From Moniliella sp. 'wahieum' (taxonomy: Eukaryota), in NCBI GenBank assembly GCA_003971905.1, contig RSEE01000165.1:1-64000 (forward strand): a stretch of DNA of 64,000 nt. The letters run 5' to 3'. Under the pieces are notes generated by a model. That model was not told the DNA's origin. It made no database searches and saw nothing but the letters and a program-made list of their open reading frames with translations. Shown here one piece after another: positions 1 to 10,990 of the stretch. The first letter of the stretch is position 1. Each line of letters begins with the position of its first letter. The position numbers and the translations under genes are program-made.

Positions 1-20
1 TAACCCTAACCCTAACCCTA
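1..20. repeat. Telomeric repeat (TAACCC)n, left chromosome end
   Basis: Window starts TAACCCTAACCCTAACCCTA, the C-rich strand of the TTAGGG telomere, in the orientation expected at a left end. Only about 3 units are present. Confidence 0.85.
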
Positions 21-162
21 GGGAGGGCCGAGGGTAGATAGCGAGCTACCGAAGGGGAGAGAGTTATGCCGAGGCGATAGCTCGCTATAAAATCGTCCGC
101 TCTATGCAGCATATGCCCTCCGTTTTTCGATTGGACCACCCGTTCAAAAGTTACACCCCCCC

Positions 163-203
163 ATCCCTAACCCTACCCAACCCAACCCACAACACCCACC
201 CTC
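163..203. repeat. Degenerate internal telomere-like tract
   Basis: ATCCCTAACCCTACCCAACCCAACCCACAACACCCACCCTC: one CCCTAACCCTA core decaying into CCCAA/CCCA variants, same orientation as the terminal repeats. Confidence 0.6.
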
Positions 204-763
204 CGATGGCCTCAGGACCGAGTACAACATGAAGGTTGAGCTATGCCCCAAAGGACACCGAATCTGGTGTCTGCCAGGTAGATCAGGAGGTGTGCTGAAA
301 AAAAATATTTTGCGTTGGGTGGTGGTGGTAGGTGGTGGCGACGGCCTTCCGGGTGGTGGTGGTGGTGGTGGCGGCGGCGGGCGGCGGCGGCGTTGCTATT
401 TAATTAATGCTGGTCACCGGTGGGTGGTCACGGGTGCGCCGGGGGTCATGACGGCAAGGCCAAAAATACCCTGGAATACATCAGGTGGGATCCCTCCAGT
501 ACATCTAGATGTATCACAGGGATCTCGTGACATCCAGCCAGTCCCGTGACATCCCTCGGGAGTTGGGAATATGTCTAGGTGTGCACGGTCGGGGCAGACA
601 GAGGGGTGGGCTCGCGCTTCGTCTCGGGTTGTGGCTGACGCAGCCCGCATGAACGATGAAAGGCGGTCAAGGCTGGGGGCGCGCCTGAAGCGGCGCGAGA
701 CGTCGGCGAGGTATACGAAGAAGGCGGCGCGGTACAGGAGAATTGGGGTCGAACGACGAAGAT

Positions 764-3214
764 TCATGGACCCGAACAGCTCGGTCCCGGTGATGGTGGT
801 GGTGTTGCTGCTTCCGTTGCTATTGCTGCCGCTGTTGCTGTTGCTGTTGCTGCCGCTGTTGCCGTTGCTGTTGCTGCTGCTGGTGCTGTTGCTGCTGGTG
901 GTATGGTGACAGGGTCCAAAATCACGGTGGTCCTGGTCCGACGAAAGTCCGAGAGGGAGCGTCGCTGCGCTTCGGCCACCTGGGCTTCCTCGAGATTGGC
1001 CAGCAGCAGATCTTGCCGTGCTTGCGCTTCGGGAGGCATAGGCGCATGTGGTAGTGGCAACGTGATGAACTTGGGCATTGGGCGGTGGTCGAGGTCGAGC
1101 GAGACGGCGGTGGCGGCTTGCAGCACTTCGATCAGTTGCTCCACCTGTTGCACATTTTTGCACTGCAGTAAAAATTGTTCCCTCTCGGCCCGCACGCGCA
1201 CCACGTGGGGCCGTTTGACACAGTCCACCGCCAAGCCCGATTCGGCTGATTGCAAGGAATAGCTGCGAACAAAGCTGCCGTACGGATCGGCGCCCGCGGC
1301 CGTACCAGTTGACATAGCTCTTGTCGGTCAGCGAGGTGAGCAAGTCACCCGAGGGGTAGGCCATCCTGCGGCGCAGTCCCGCCCTGCTCGCCGCTTCGTC
1401 CGGCCCATTGCCCAGCGAGGTACGGGTAAGGAGGGCCGCGAGGTGAATCGCATGGCGCGCCTGGTGCGCCGCTTGGCTCGCAGTGTGTGCCATGGAAAAC
1501 ACCGAGTTGGGCTTGGAGTTGATCGCACTCGTCTCATCTTCCCACAGCGGCTCGGAAACCGCGAGCGCGCCCTTGGTCGGACCAAACGCCTCCTGCGCCA
1601 CAGCACGCGGCACCACAGCGCTCATATCCCCCTTGTACACATTCAGCATCGTCCCGTGCACCACAAAGTACAGTCGGCGCCAACTTCGGTCATACGATGG
1701 CACCCTGGCGCAGTATACTCCATCTTGCGCGCCAGGTAGCCCTCGAGATGCCCCCACACACGTACTCCGGCAATCGCTCCCGCCCTTCTTCTTCCCTCGG
1801 AAACACCATCACAGCCCGCCTCGACCCGGATTGGGGCGTGGCCGCACTGGCAAAGTACTCGGGTGGAGCATCCAGGCCCGACGCTCCGGCAGCCTCGGTC
1901 ATCACAGTCGCCGTCCCCACGTCGGCAGTCGCGACGGGCGTCGCGCTGCCTGTGTCGGCCGAGATGGAGTGGCACTCGCTTCGTGCTGGTGCTGCCGTGC
2001 GACTGAGAGAAAGAAAGGGTGGAACAGGAAGCAGAGGAAGGACTTGGACGGAGGTCAGGAGCCAGCGCATAGAGCGAGCGCGATCGACCGGACAACAGTC
2101 CGATTTCCGTACCCGAAGACGTAGGTGGCGACGACGGCGTGTGGGGGCGGTAAAGCGGAGCTTCGTCGGCCCTGTGGGGGCCGTGCCCCAGCTCAGGGGC
2201 GCAGGTGCGGGGGAGAGGCGATCGTGGCAGTGTACATGGGCGTCGGCATGGGCCGTTCCTCACGCGACTGGGCAATGTGGCTCGGCAACATGGGCGTCGT
2301 TGACATGTCACCCAGCCCGCCAGGGGCAGCAAGCAGCGAGCGGTTGGGCGCTGCCTGGGGTTGGGGCTGTCTAAAGTTGTTCGAGGTGACGGCAGCGGGG
2401 GCGGCGGCGGGACTCGGGGCCGGGTGCAGCGGTCTGCTCTGAGGCATGGTCGGATTCGGAGGAGTTGGCAAATTTCACCCAATTCTCCCTCCCCATGCGA
2501 GGGGTGACGAGCTGAGAGGGATCCATGTTCATGGTGGGGGGAGGGAAGAGAACCCCAGTGCAGCAACGGTGGAGCAGACGCCCCCCCAGATCCACGAAGA
2601 TAGGACAAAGATGAGGCCGAACTGGTGGGGCTTACCCGGCGCGTCACCTCGGTCGCTGAGGGGGCGGTGCGGTTGGAGGCCGCCGTTTCGATCAAGGGGC
2701 GCAAAACAGGGCTTGTTCCGGGAGACGGGTGGGTAGAAAGGCGAAGAGGCGGGACGGACAAGCTTTGGTCGTGCACTCCGATGCGCGGGGGGTCTGACAG
2801 GAAAAAGGGGTCAGTGGGGTTCCCCTTATGTGTGCAGTCGAGATGCGTGGCGTAGCGTCAACGTACTCTGGCCATCTACGGGGGGTAACGGGGCGAAAAT
2901 TCAGGCGAGGTGGAGAAGTGTTCTGCCTCGTCGGGTTGGGAGGTCGGATGGAGGCCGGGCACGGGGGAGAGGTTGTGGCTAGAGGGGGGTGCGCTGGAGA
3001 GGGCATACTCGCGGGCGGTGGGTGCGGCGCCGGCAGGCTGGTCGGCATCGCTCTGGCGCGACAGGCGACGGATGCGGAGACGGGAGTTCCGTTGGGGGCG
3101 ACGGACGAACGGTGGGGCGGGGAGAAGGGCAGGGGCGCTAGACAGCTTGCCGTCCCCGTCGCGCTTCTGGCGCAGGGCGAAGGAGGGCCGGCGGAAGTGG
3201 GGTCGGGTGGGCAT
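764..3214 (-). CDS. Fungal PH-domain protein (frameshifted; ends approximate)
   Basis: Stitched frames give ERLPEY.C..H.EGYLARKMEY..PG..SYDRSWRRLYFVVHGTMLNVYK and RSYSLQSAESGLAVDCVKRPHVVRVRAEREQFLLQC..LDLDHRPMPK, a split PH fold after a Pro/Ser-rich N-terminus. Candidate ATG at 3214; the stop could be at 764 or about 668. Confidence 0.7.
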
Positions 3215-3612
3215 GAATGGAATGAGGTTGCGGTCCGTCGCAGCGATAGCGAAGGGAGAGGTTGTGTGGGGGCGGGGGAGGGCAGGGGAGAGAAGGGGAG
3301 GACAGGGGAGGAAAGGCGATGGAAGGCGATGGAGTGTAGACGGTGGTATGTGCGCCAGGGCCACCACAGAATGCAACAGCACTCTGTTTTGGGTTTATAG
3401 TCGTGTGAGCCGCACAGTGGCCATGTGCTGTGGCAGGCCGGCTGGCGGGGCAGTGTGCTGCCGTAGGGGCTGCGACTGGCGTCTACTGTGACACACTCCC
3501 CTCTTCGGCCTGTCTCGGCCGTGCGGGAACACTTGTTGCTACCATACGCCCTACCCAAACCTACTCAGACTCAGTCCTGACATGTGACATCTCAGGTCGC
3601 AGGCGCGTCCTT

Positions 3613-3695
3613 CTGAGTACCTGAGTACTGACTGAGTACTGTGCACTGACGTACTGACTGAGTACTGTGCACTGACGTACTGACCCTGAGGTACT
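3613..3695. repeat. TGAGTAC/TGAC-based short-period array with a ~27-bp direct repeat
   Basis: CTGAGTACCTGAGTACTG followed by two copies of ACTGAGTACTGTGCACTGACGTACTG. Confidence 0.85.
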
Positions 3696-3943
3696 AAAGC
3701 CGACACCCTTGGCGTGTGGCACGCCCATGTCACACTCACATGCCACCGGCTCCACCCGCAACCCCATCCGGCAAGCCTCGCCCGCGGCCCCCCAGTGCCA
3801 TCCCGGTCTCCCCCGCCGCCACCCCTCCCACGTGAGCGTCACCAGCCACCCCGTCCTTTTCCCCGCCCCGCCCGCTCCCCCGCCCCGCCCCGCTTCCGCA
3901 CTCCGCCAGCCAAGCCACGCGTGGTAGTCCCAATGCGTAAGCA

Positions 3944-4092
3944 TCACTAGCACTACACTAGTCACGAGTCACTGGTCACTAGGTCACTAGGTCACTAGTC
4001 ACTGACCATCGATCACTAGTCAAACGTCACGCGTCATGCGCATCACGAGTCTCTAATCACTTTAATCACTAGTCACTAGTCACTAGTCACTG
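3944..4092. repeat. TCACTAG heptamer array (degenerate)
   Basis: Many TCACTAG/TCACTGG/TCACGAG units; perfect (TCACTAG)3TCA at 4066-4089. Confidence 0.85.
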
Positions 4093-5267
4093 GATCCATA
4101 CTCCAATCGATTGTATGTCCGGCAAGCTGCTACTCGGTGAACCCCTGGCCACCCCCTCCCGCCAGCATCCATCATGCCCGTCCCCATCGGCCATTTCCAA
4201 TGCCTCTCTTCCTGCTTCAGCAACTCTTCAAGCTGCGTACCACACGACTTCCAGCTGAACCGATCATCGATCATCCTGCGTGACATCACTTCTCACCGCT
4301 ACGTACCGGTCACCGACGAGTGAGTCTCAGTAGTGAAACAATGGGGGCGAGGGCGAAGCACTACACTGGGCGATCAATGCGTGAGCGCCATTCATCCGTC
4401 ACACCAATGAGAGCTCAGAGCTCAGAACCGCGGTTATCTGTTAACGTGCTAGCCGAGCAGCTACACTGCCAAGCTAAGGACGATTGCACTGTGCAGGGCG
4501 GAAACATTCAGAGATCGCTTCTCGTAAGCTCCTGACGCCAGCCCGAACTTGAATGCAACAAAGTGAAGAGGACGGAGGGGAACGAGGCGCGACGGGAACC
4601 AATCCCGAGCGGGCGAGGCACAAAACTCCATAGCCAGTTCCGGTTGCCAGCGACAGGACCGTTCAGGCCATCAACCCAAGGGGTGCCACATGCAGCGAAC
4701 GCCACCTAACTCCAACAAGTAGGAATATCCTCCGCAGCCTAAGGTCCCTAGAGGGATGCTCCGGCTGAGGGCATTGCAGTGGACGCGCACTGGCGCATCC
4801 GAGCCCCTGTCACCGCATAAGCAGATCTGACTAATCACATCCCTTCCACCCTGTTCTACCCGACTCTCCTTTATCATCTGCTCCTGACGGGCTCGTCCCT
4901 TGGAATGCTACAACCATCAGTATACATCATGCATCATGCATCATCCCCTCTCCTCACATATTAGGTTGAGCTCACGTTTATCTGTGCAGAAGAGAGACCG
5001 TCTATCTCCTGCCTGCCTGAGCCCAGCGACGGACCAGCCCCACCGAGTGCATGATGGAAACCCGCGGCGTTACCCCTACAGACGCCCTGCCCGTCCCAAA
5101 ACCCAACCCCTGCAAGAAGACCTCCCCCATGCCCGACACAACCCATGACGCCGCCGCCGCCGTGTCAGCGAACACGCTATTGACCAAGGGTCTACGGGCC
5201 AGCCGCCTCCAAGGTCACTCTGACCCTCCTATACATCCAGGCACCACGCCAGCACCCTATCCACTTC

Positions 5268-5453
5268 TGTTAAGACGCGGCTGTGTCAGATGCTGGAGAT
5301 AGGTAGTGGGGGTGGTGTTGCCGAGCAACGGCGAGCTGGACCTACGGGCCGTGATAGGTTCTGGGCCTGGAAGCGCGTAGAAGCTCATAATGGGAGGTCC
5401 GCGACACGTGCCGCGGAAACCCAATGGGCTCTGGAACACTGTGGTGGTCAACA
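5268..5453. mobile_element. Candidate solo LTR or small insertion
   Basis: Segment absent from repeat copy B. It begins TGTTAA and ends TCAACA (TG..CA, 5/6 inverted match). No clean target-site duplication (ACTTC vs CTCTG). Confidence 0.3.
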
Positions 5454-5511
5454 CTCTGGACTAATAGCACCACACCTTATCCTTATCCAAGTTCTCTTCC
5501 TCAGTGTCTGT

Positions 5512-5542
5512 TCAACGTTCAACGTTCAACGTTCAACGTTGA
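5512..5542. repeat. (TCAACGT)4TGA heptamer array
   Basis: Four perfect 7-nt units read directly from the sequence. Confidence 0.95.
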
Positions 5543-6199
5543 AGCTGTTGAAGTTCAATATTCAATCCAGCGCCTACCTTCACCTCGACACTGCATGACT
5601 GCACTTGGGACATCGCTGGGGAACCAGGATCATTACACGCAACCTGAAGCCGCCGCCGCCAATCTCCCGTCCGCTCCCACTGCCTCACAGATCCACTTCC
5701 CGCCGCCGCCGTCACCGCGCCCGCCTCACCGCAACCGACGCGTCCGCTGAGCCTACCTAGGCCGCTACGGTCACGGTACGCCATACCCCAAGCATATCGC
5801 CTATCCAGACCGGAGTCGGATCGAGACCCTCTTCGCGGTCCATCTGACGCGCACGCAAGTGAGTCGATGGCTGCGGACACATCCGCAGGTGCTGACGGGA
5901 CACGGACGACTTTGATGCGGCGGTGCTTCGTAACCCGCTAAAGGTGCTTCGTAACCCGCTAGCCACACGATAACAGCCTTAATACTAGCAGCCCAAAGCC
6001 CAAGACACACACACACCCCACCTGGTGGACGAGCCACCCGCTGCCCCCGACGGAGAATCGATTCCGGTATACCACGCGCGTGTCGGCCGGGCCGTTACCG
6101 ATGGTACCAAGGCTGCTGACCGTGGCCGCGAGTCCCGCCGTAAGCGCTGTTTCCATCACCCGTTGGCCATCGTCGCCACCACAGCGGACGGCGTGCCCG

Positions 6200-6603
6200 T
6201 TGCCCCGCGCAACGAGCGCGCATCAATGACCACGGCAGAGTGGCCTCTATGGCCCGTGGCCGAGAAGACTGAGCTGGCTGGTCTAGCCGCGATGGATGCC
6301 ATGGAAGAGGCGCCTCGCCCGTCGGCGCCGACGCCCGTGCACCGCACCCGGACGGTGCATGCCTTCGGGATCACCCCCGAAAACAAGTTCCCCAAGTGCA
6401 AGGCGCGGCTCGTGGTTAAGGGCAACGAGGAAGACACGAGCGACCTGCCCAACGCCAGGACCTTTGCCAGCATGCCCTCTGACCAAGCCGTGCGCACGGT
6501 AATTGTCGGTGGGCACGAGCAGGGTTTGAAGGCTTTCTAATTCGACTGCCAGTCGGCCTATCTACACGTGCCCATTCCCTACGAGGTGTACATCAAACCG
6601 CCA
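6200..6603 (+). mobile_element. Ty1/copia reverse transcriptase relic (N-terminal part of RVT_2)
   Basis: PRNERASMTTAEWPLW..AE..EL..L, KARLVVKGNEE, TFAS..VRTVI, in-frame TAA at 6538, then FDCQSAYLHVPIPYEVYIKPP. This matches copia KARLVAxG..TFAP..(Q)xDVxxAFL..EVYMxQP. No downstream YVDD motif seen. Confidence 0.85.
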
Positions 6604-7844
6604 ACCGTTTCTTGCGGGACAAAAACAACGTTTTGCGTCTTTCACCCTACCCCTGGCCTTGGCCTCACTCGGAGTCAGCATCAATCGATCATAAGCATCG
6701 CGGTCACTGTCTGGCCCTGTTGCATCCCTAGCGATTCGCTGGCATCTCGATACCCAAAAAGGATCGAGGGGTCTCATTTTAAATCCACCAAATCATTTAC
6801 CGCCTCTCAGATCTCAGCCTGAGACCCCGCATCCCACAAGCTCCCACCGCCCACCGGCCTCAAGACCCGTTGAGTAAGAGATGTGCTGGGGTTACATGGT
6901 TCCAGCTGTACAGGCCTCGCGGCCGAACCTGGTCGACAGACTGAGGAGGTGCGCATACAAGCCACCAAGCCACTAGCATAACACAGTCACCTCAGGCCTG
7001 GCGCTGGTCTCAGATCGTAGGCCTCAGGCCCTCAGGTCCCGCCACAGTGTGCAGAGCCTCACCCTTCGGGCTTCAAGCGTCACGCGTCAAGCTGTACGGT
7101 TTAAGCTTTGCGAAGCCAGGGCCTCCGCCGCACGCCGGCCGGCACCAAGCATCATGCATCAAGCATCACGCTTCCAGAGCTAGCTCCAAGCTTCAAGTCC
7201 ATCAGTGTGACACATGTTCGCCCCCTAGCGATTCTGCTCCGAGCACAGCCCCAGTGCGCCGCGGAAGTCAGCAGCCCACCTACCGAGTTTGCCGAGCAGA
7301 GTACTTCTGTGACCTGAGAGACTGCAGCACGGACCTCGACTTTCTCCTGATTAATGATTCCTGATCTTCTGTTTCGCAAAGAGGGGGACGAGGTTAGGAA
7401 CACACTCAACCACAATCGATGATCCTTTCGCTGTTGAACAACACGAACCCCCGGCCGAAGAGCTCCGGCAATTGAATGAGGATATCGTCGCTGATTTCTC
7501 CCAGCGTCATTGTTGATGGTACTGGTGCATTTGGTTCCCGGTTGCGAACACCCGAGCAGTGCAGCAACACATGATTGCTACTCTACCAGAGAGGAACTGA
7601 CAACGACGCAGGCAACAGAGGCGTGCGTGGACCTCTAGCCGTCAAGTTCATAAAATGGAGGAGCTGCTCAGCCGGGGACTGGCAGCACATGGCTTGCTTG
7701 GATGTTTCCGCGTGGAGTGGACCCCGCTGGGCTACGGAGGCATACACTTTGCCGCACCGTGTTTGTAAAAGAGCAGAGAGCAGGCAGTTGATGAAGACTG
7801 CATTGCACATGAACGAAGGACGCTCGAAAATACGTATACTAACC

Positions 7845-7960
7845 GCTCGGCAGTACATTGACTAACAGCTCGGCAGTGCATTGACTATCGCAACGTGTGC
7901 ACAAGTGTTTCTGTCAGTGGGAAGCACTGCAGGGGAGGGTGGCTCGGCTATACATTGACT
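7845..7960. repeat. Three copies of a ~20-bp repeat
   Basis: GCTCGGCAGTACATTGACTA (7845-7864), GCTCGGCAGTGCATTGACTA (7868-7887), GCTCGGCTATACATTGACT (7942-7960). Confidence 0.85.
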
Positions 7961-9077
7961 TCTGTTTTAAATCAACACGAGGAGACCATCGTGCCTTCGG
8001 CCCGGTCCGCTGCTGCGTCGTCACCTTAGCCATCGTTCCTCCTTCGCCACCTTAGCCACCGTTCCACCGTCGCCACCGTAGAAATAATATCACCGAAAAG
8101 TGGCACAGGGCGTTTCCTTTTTTTATATGCTACTGGGTAACTCCCGCGCAAGATGAACAGTTTGGTTTAGGCGTAGCGTTTCCCCTGTCCCAGCATTAAG
8201 CTCTGCCATTGATATGGATGCAGAATCGAGACTTGATGTGGTGTGAAAGAATTCCAGCGGATCTGGGGCCTAGTATTCCTTCACCTCTTCGTACTTTACT
8301 AAATGAGTCGTTTCGCCTGAAAGAAGGGATTCTCCAGGGTCTTGATATGGTTGGTCACAATGATGCATACTCCGCCTTCTCGCGATGTTGGGTTGCTTTC
8401 GACCGTCCTTGGTCATGGATGCTCGTGTGTCAGACTCACGCCGTGCTAGGCGCCCCTTGGCCCGCTAGACCCGTATGGCACTACGGCGCGATTCTTATCA
8501 GTTGGAGATCCTGTGTCACCTTTCGACTGTGCCCTTCCTTAGGAGGTACATATACCTCCTGCGTGCATAGATGTATGCAATCCATCTGCTTCCCTTGCCC
8601 CATCTCCGTTCCTGACATCGTGTGTGATACAACGGTACCAAGTGACGATCCAGTAGTGCCCGAGAGAAAATCGTTGATACGAGACCAATGCGCATGCAAA
8701 CCCTACCCTTGCACTCGGGATCATATTGTCGAAGAAAAAGGAAAACACACACCTCAAAAATGGAGATCAACGACGTGGGAAGGGCCATTTCAATGAGCAC
8801 TCGCGCTCATATCACGCTTCTCTCGCCAAGTGTGGCCTCGATGGCGCCTCTGTGGGAATGTGTACTGCACTTCAGAGGGCAGCCTCTGCGCCGACGTGGC
8901 TTTCTTTCCATCCCACTACACTTGTGTGACATGGGACCTTATATTGGGGCTCACTTTTTAGTTACGCGCCTTGGCTGTCTGGGGCCTGGTCCTTGGAAGC
9001 TTACCTCAGCGGTCCGTGCGCTGCCCGTAGGCCGAAGGTGCGGGCGACGGCGGCTGCTCTGCCACTCCACCACTCCA

Positions 9078-9699
9078 ATGCCTGCCGACGCACCTCCTTC
9101 GGCCTCCGCGTCCTCCTCGGCCTCGTCGGCAGCGTCTTCCCCTTCCTCCCCGGCACCCCCAGCCCCCTCGGCGCCATCAGCACCATCCGCACCATCTGCA
9201 CGCCAGCACCCTCCTTTTTCCACGAATTCTTCGGCTTTGCACTGCAAAACGCCGGCCTGACCGAAGCGGATCTGCGCGGCGGCATCCCCACTTGCTCTTC
9301 CTCCTCTGCCGCTGCCTCAGGGGGCGTTACGGCTCCGCTTCCTCCTGCTCACCACGTCGCTCCTGATGGCCATGGCCTCGATTGTGGCACGGGCGAGCCA
9401 CCGTCCACCCCCCCGGTTGCCCTTCTCCTTCTCCTTCTTCTCCTCCTTCTTCCGCTGCGCCTGCTCCCGCTGCTGCGCCTGCTGCCGCGCCAGGCTCGAG
9501 CTTTTTCGCGTCGTTTTTCGGCACGGCGCTGCGCAACGCTGGTCTGACCGAAGCGGAATTGCGCGGCGGCACGAGTACTGCCACGCCTACCCCGACCCAG
9601 GAAGGCGCCGAGTCGGGTGGTGCAGCGGAACCTGCACCTGCCTTGCCCCCAATCGCGCCTGCTGGTCTCGGCGTGGTCCCCTCTCCGTCTTCGGACTAA
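9078..9699 (+). CDS. Orphan Pro/Ser/Ala-rich protein with two 23-aa repeats (needs two frameshifts)
   Basis: FFHEFFGFALQNAGLTEADLRGG (9215-9283) and FFASFFGTALRNAGLTEAELRGG (9502-9570). Five synonymous differences between the copies in this frame. Confidence 0.55.
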
Positions 9700-10990
9700 G
9701 ACGTACCCCCGCTGGGACCGGGACTGGAGTCGTAACGCGTAACGGCGACCGCCCCAGGCGGAGCGAAGCAGGTCGCAGAACAAGCCATTCGTCACGCTGC
9801 GAACGCCACAGAGTGGGTACTGAGTACTGAGGGGAAAGCCCGTGGGGTTACCGCTGAGTGTGCGATTTGAAGCTGGACATGTGCTTGCTACTTGCTTCTT
9901 CGGCTGTGGCGCGACCGGTGGGCGGGTGAAGGAGCATATACAGGGGGAAGGGGAGGCAGCGAAACCCTTCAGGTCTGTGTCCCATCGCGACTCGATTCCG
10001 TCCGATCTGATCTGATCCGGTTCGAGGCAAGACTGACCACGCCGCCCCATCCCCATCCCATCCCCAAGTCCACCTCCACCTCCAACTCCTCCAACCGCAC
10101 CTCAGCCAGTAAGTGGCCACGCTGAGCCAGCTACTCTTTCCGCAGACCGATGTCCATGTCCACGTCCATGTGCATTCCCATTTCCATTCCCATGCGCGTG
10201 TGGTGTCGGGCTGTGCGGGCTTGCCGTAGTGCGCCACGGGGACCCCTGCCGTCGTCAGATGTTTACACTGGGACCACAGGAGGAGGGAGGGGCAGTGCTG
10301 CCATGCATGTCGTGCCGTGTCGTGTCGTGTCGTTTCGTGTCATGCACTGCAGGCGTCGCAACTTGGGCAGCTGGCGGGACCAACCTGTCCCGATGGAATG
10401 TCCTGCGGTCCAGCGGTCCAGCGGTGCAAGATGTACGTATGTAGGTGTCCAGGTGCCCAGATCCACAGATACGCCGATGGCCAGGCAATCTACACACCAG
10501 GGCGCGTTAGGCGGCAGGTCTTACGTTGCGGGGAACCGCCGGCGGGAGCTACGGTTCGTGCGCTGGCGAGACTCCTGCCACACACACCGCGCCACAGCAC
10601 GTCCACGTGGTACCTTGGCCCACAGCACGCCACAACAACACCCACAGCACAGCAACACAAGACAGCACAACAGAGAACAGCAACGGAGGGTAGCAATGCA
10701 ACGCGGACGCAGACGCAGACGCAGACGGGGACGGGGGGCGGGGGGGGGGGGGGGGGTAGGACAGTGTCCAGACAGGCGAAGAGACAGGCGGTCCCGAGCA
10801 GACGCAAGAAGAAACGAAGGACAGACAAACGAAGGACAAGAAGGACAAGCGCGGTAGTAGAGTACAGTCCTCTGAGGAGGGCGCGGGAGCGGAGGAAGGA
10901 AGAGGTAAGGAAAAGGTGTAAAGGGGTAGGATGAGGGGCGGGAGAAAGACACAGTGAAGACAATAAGAACAACCCCGGGGGGGGGGGGAG

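Larger units (their letters stand above)
5164..5637 (+). repeat. Dispersed repeat, copy A (homologous to 43923-44168), interrupted by a ~200-bp insert
   Basis: 5180-5262 (TTGACCAAGGGTCTACGGGCCAGCC..CATCCAGGCACCAC..CCCTATCC) and 5561-5637 (..ACTGCACTTGGGACATCGCTGGGGAACCAGGATCATTACA) align colinearly with 43937-44020 and 44092-44168. Confidence 0.85.

Noticed and set aside
7845..7960. CRISPR-like array
   Set aside because: Only three ~20-bp copies with spacers of 3 and 54 nt, no cas genes, eukaryotic context.
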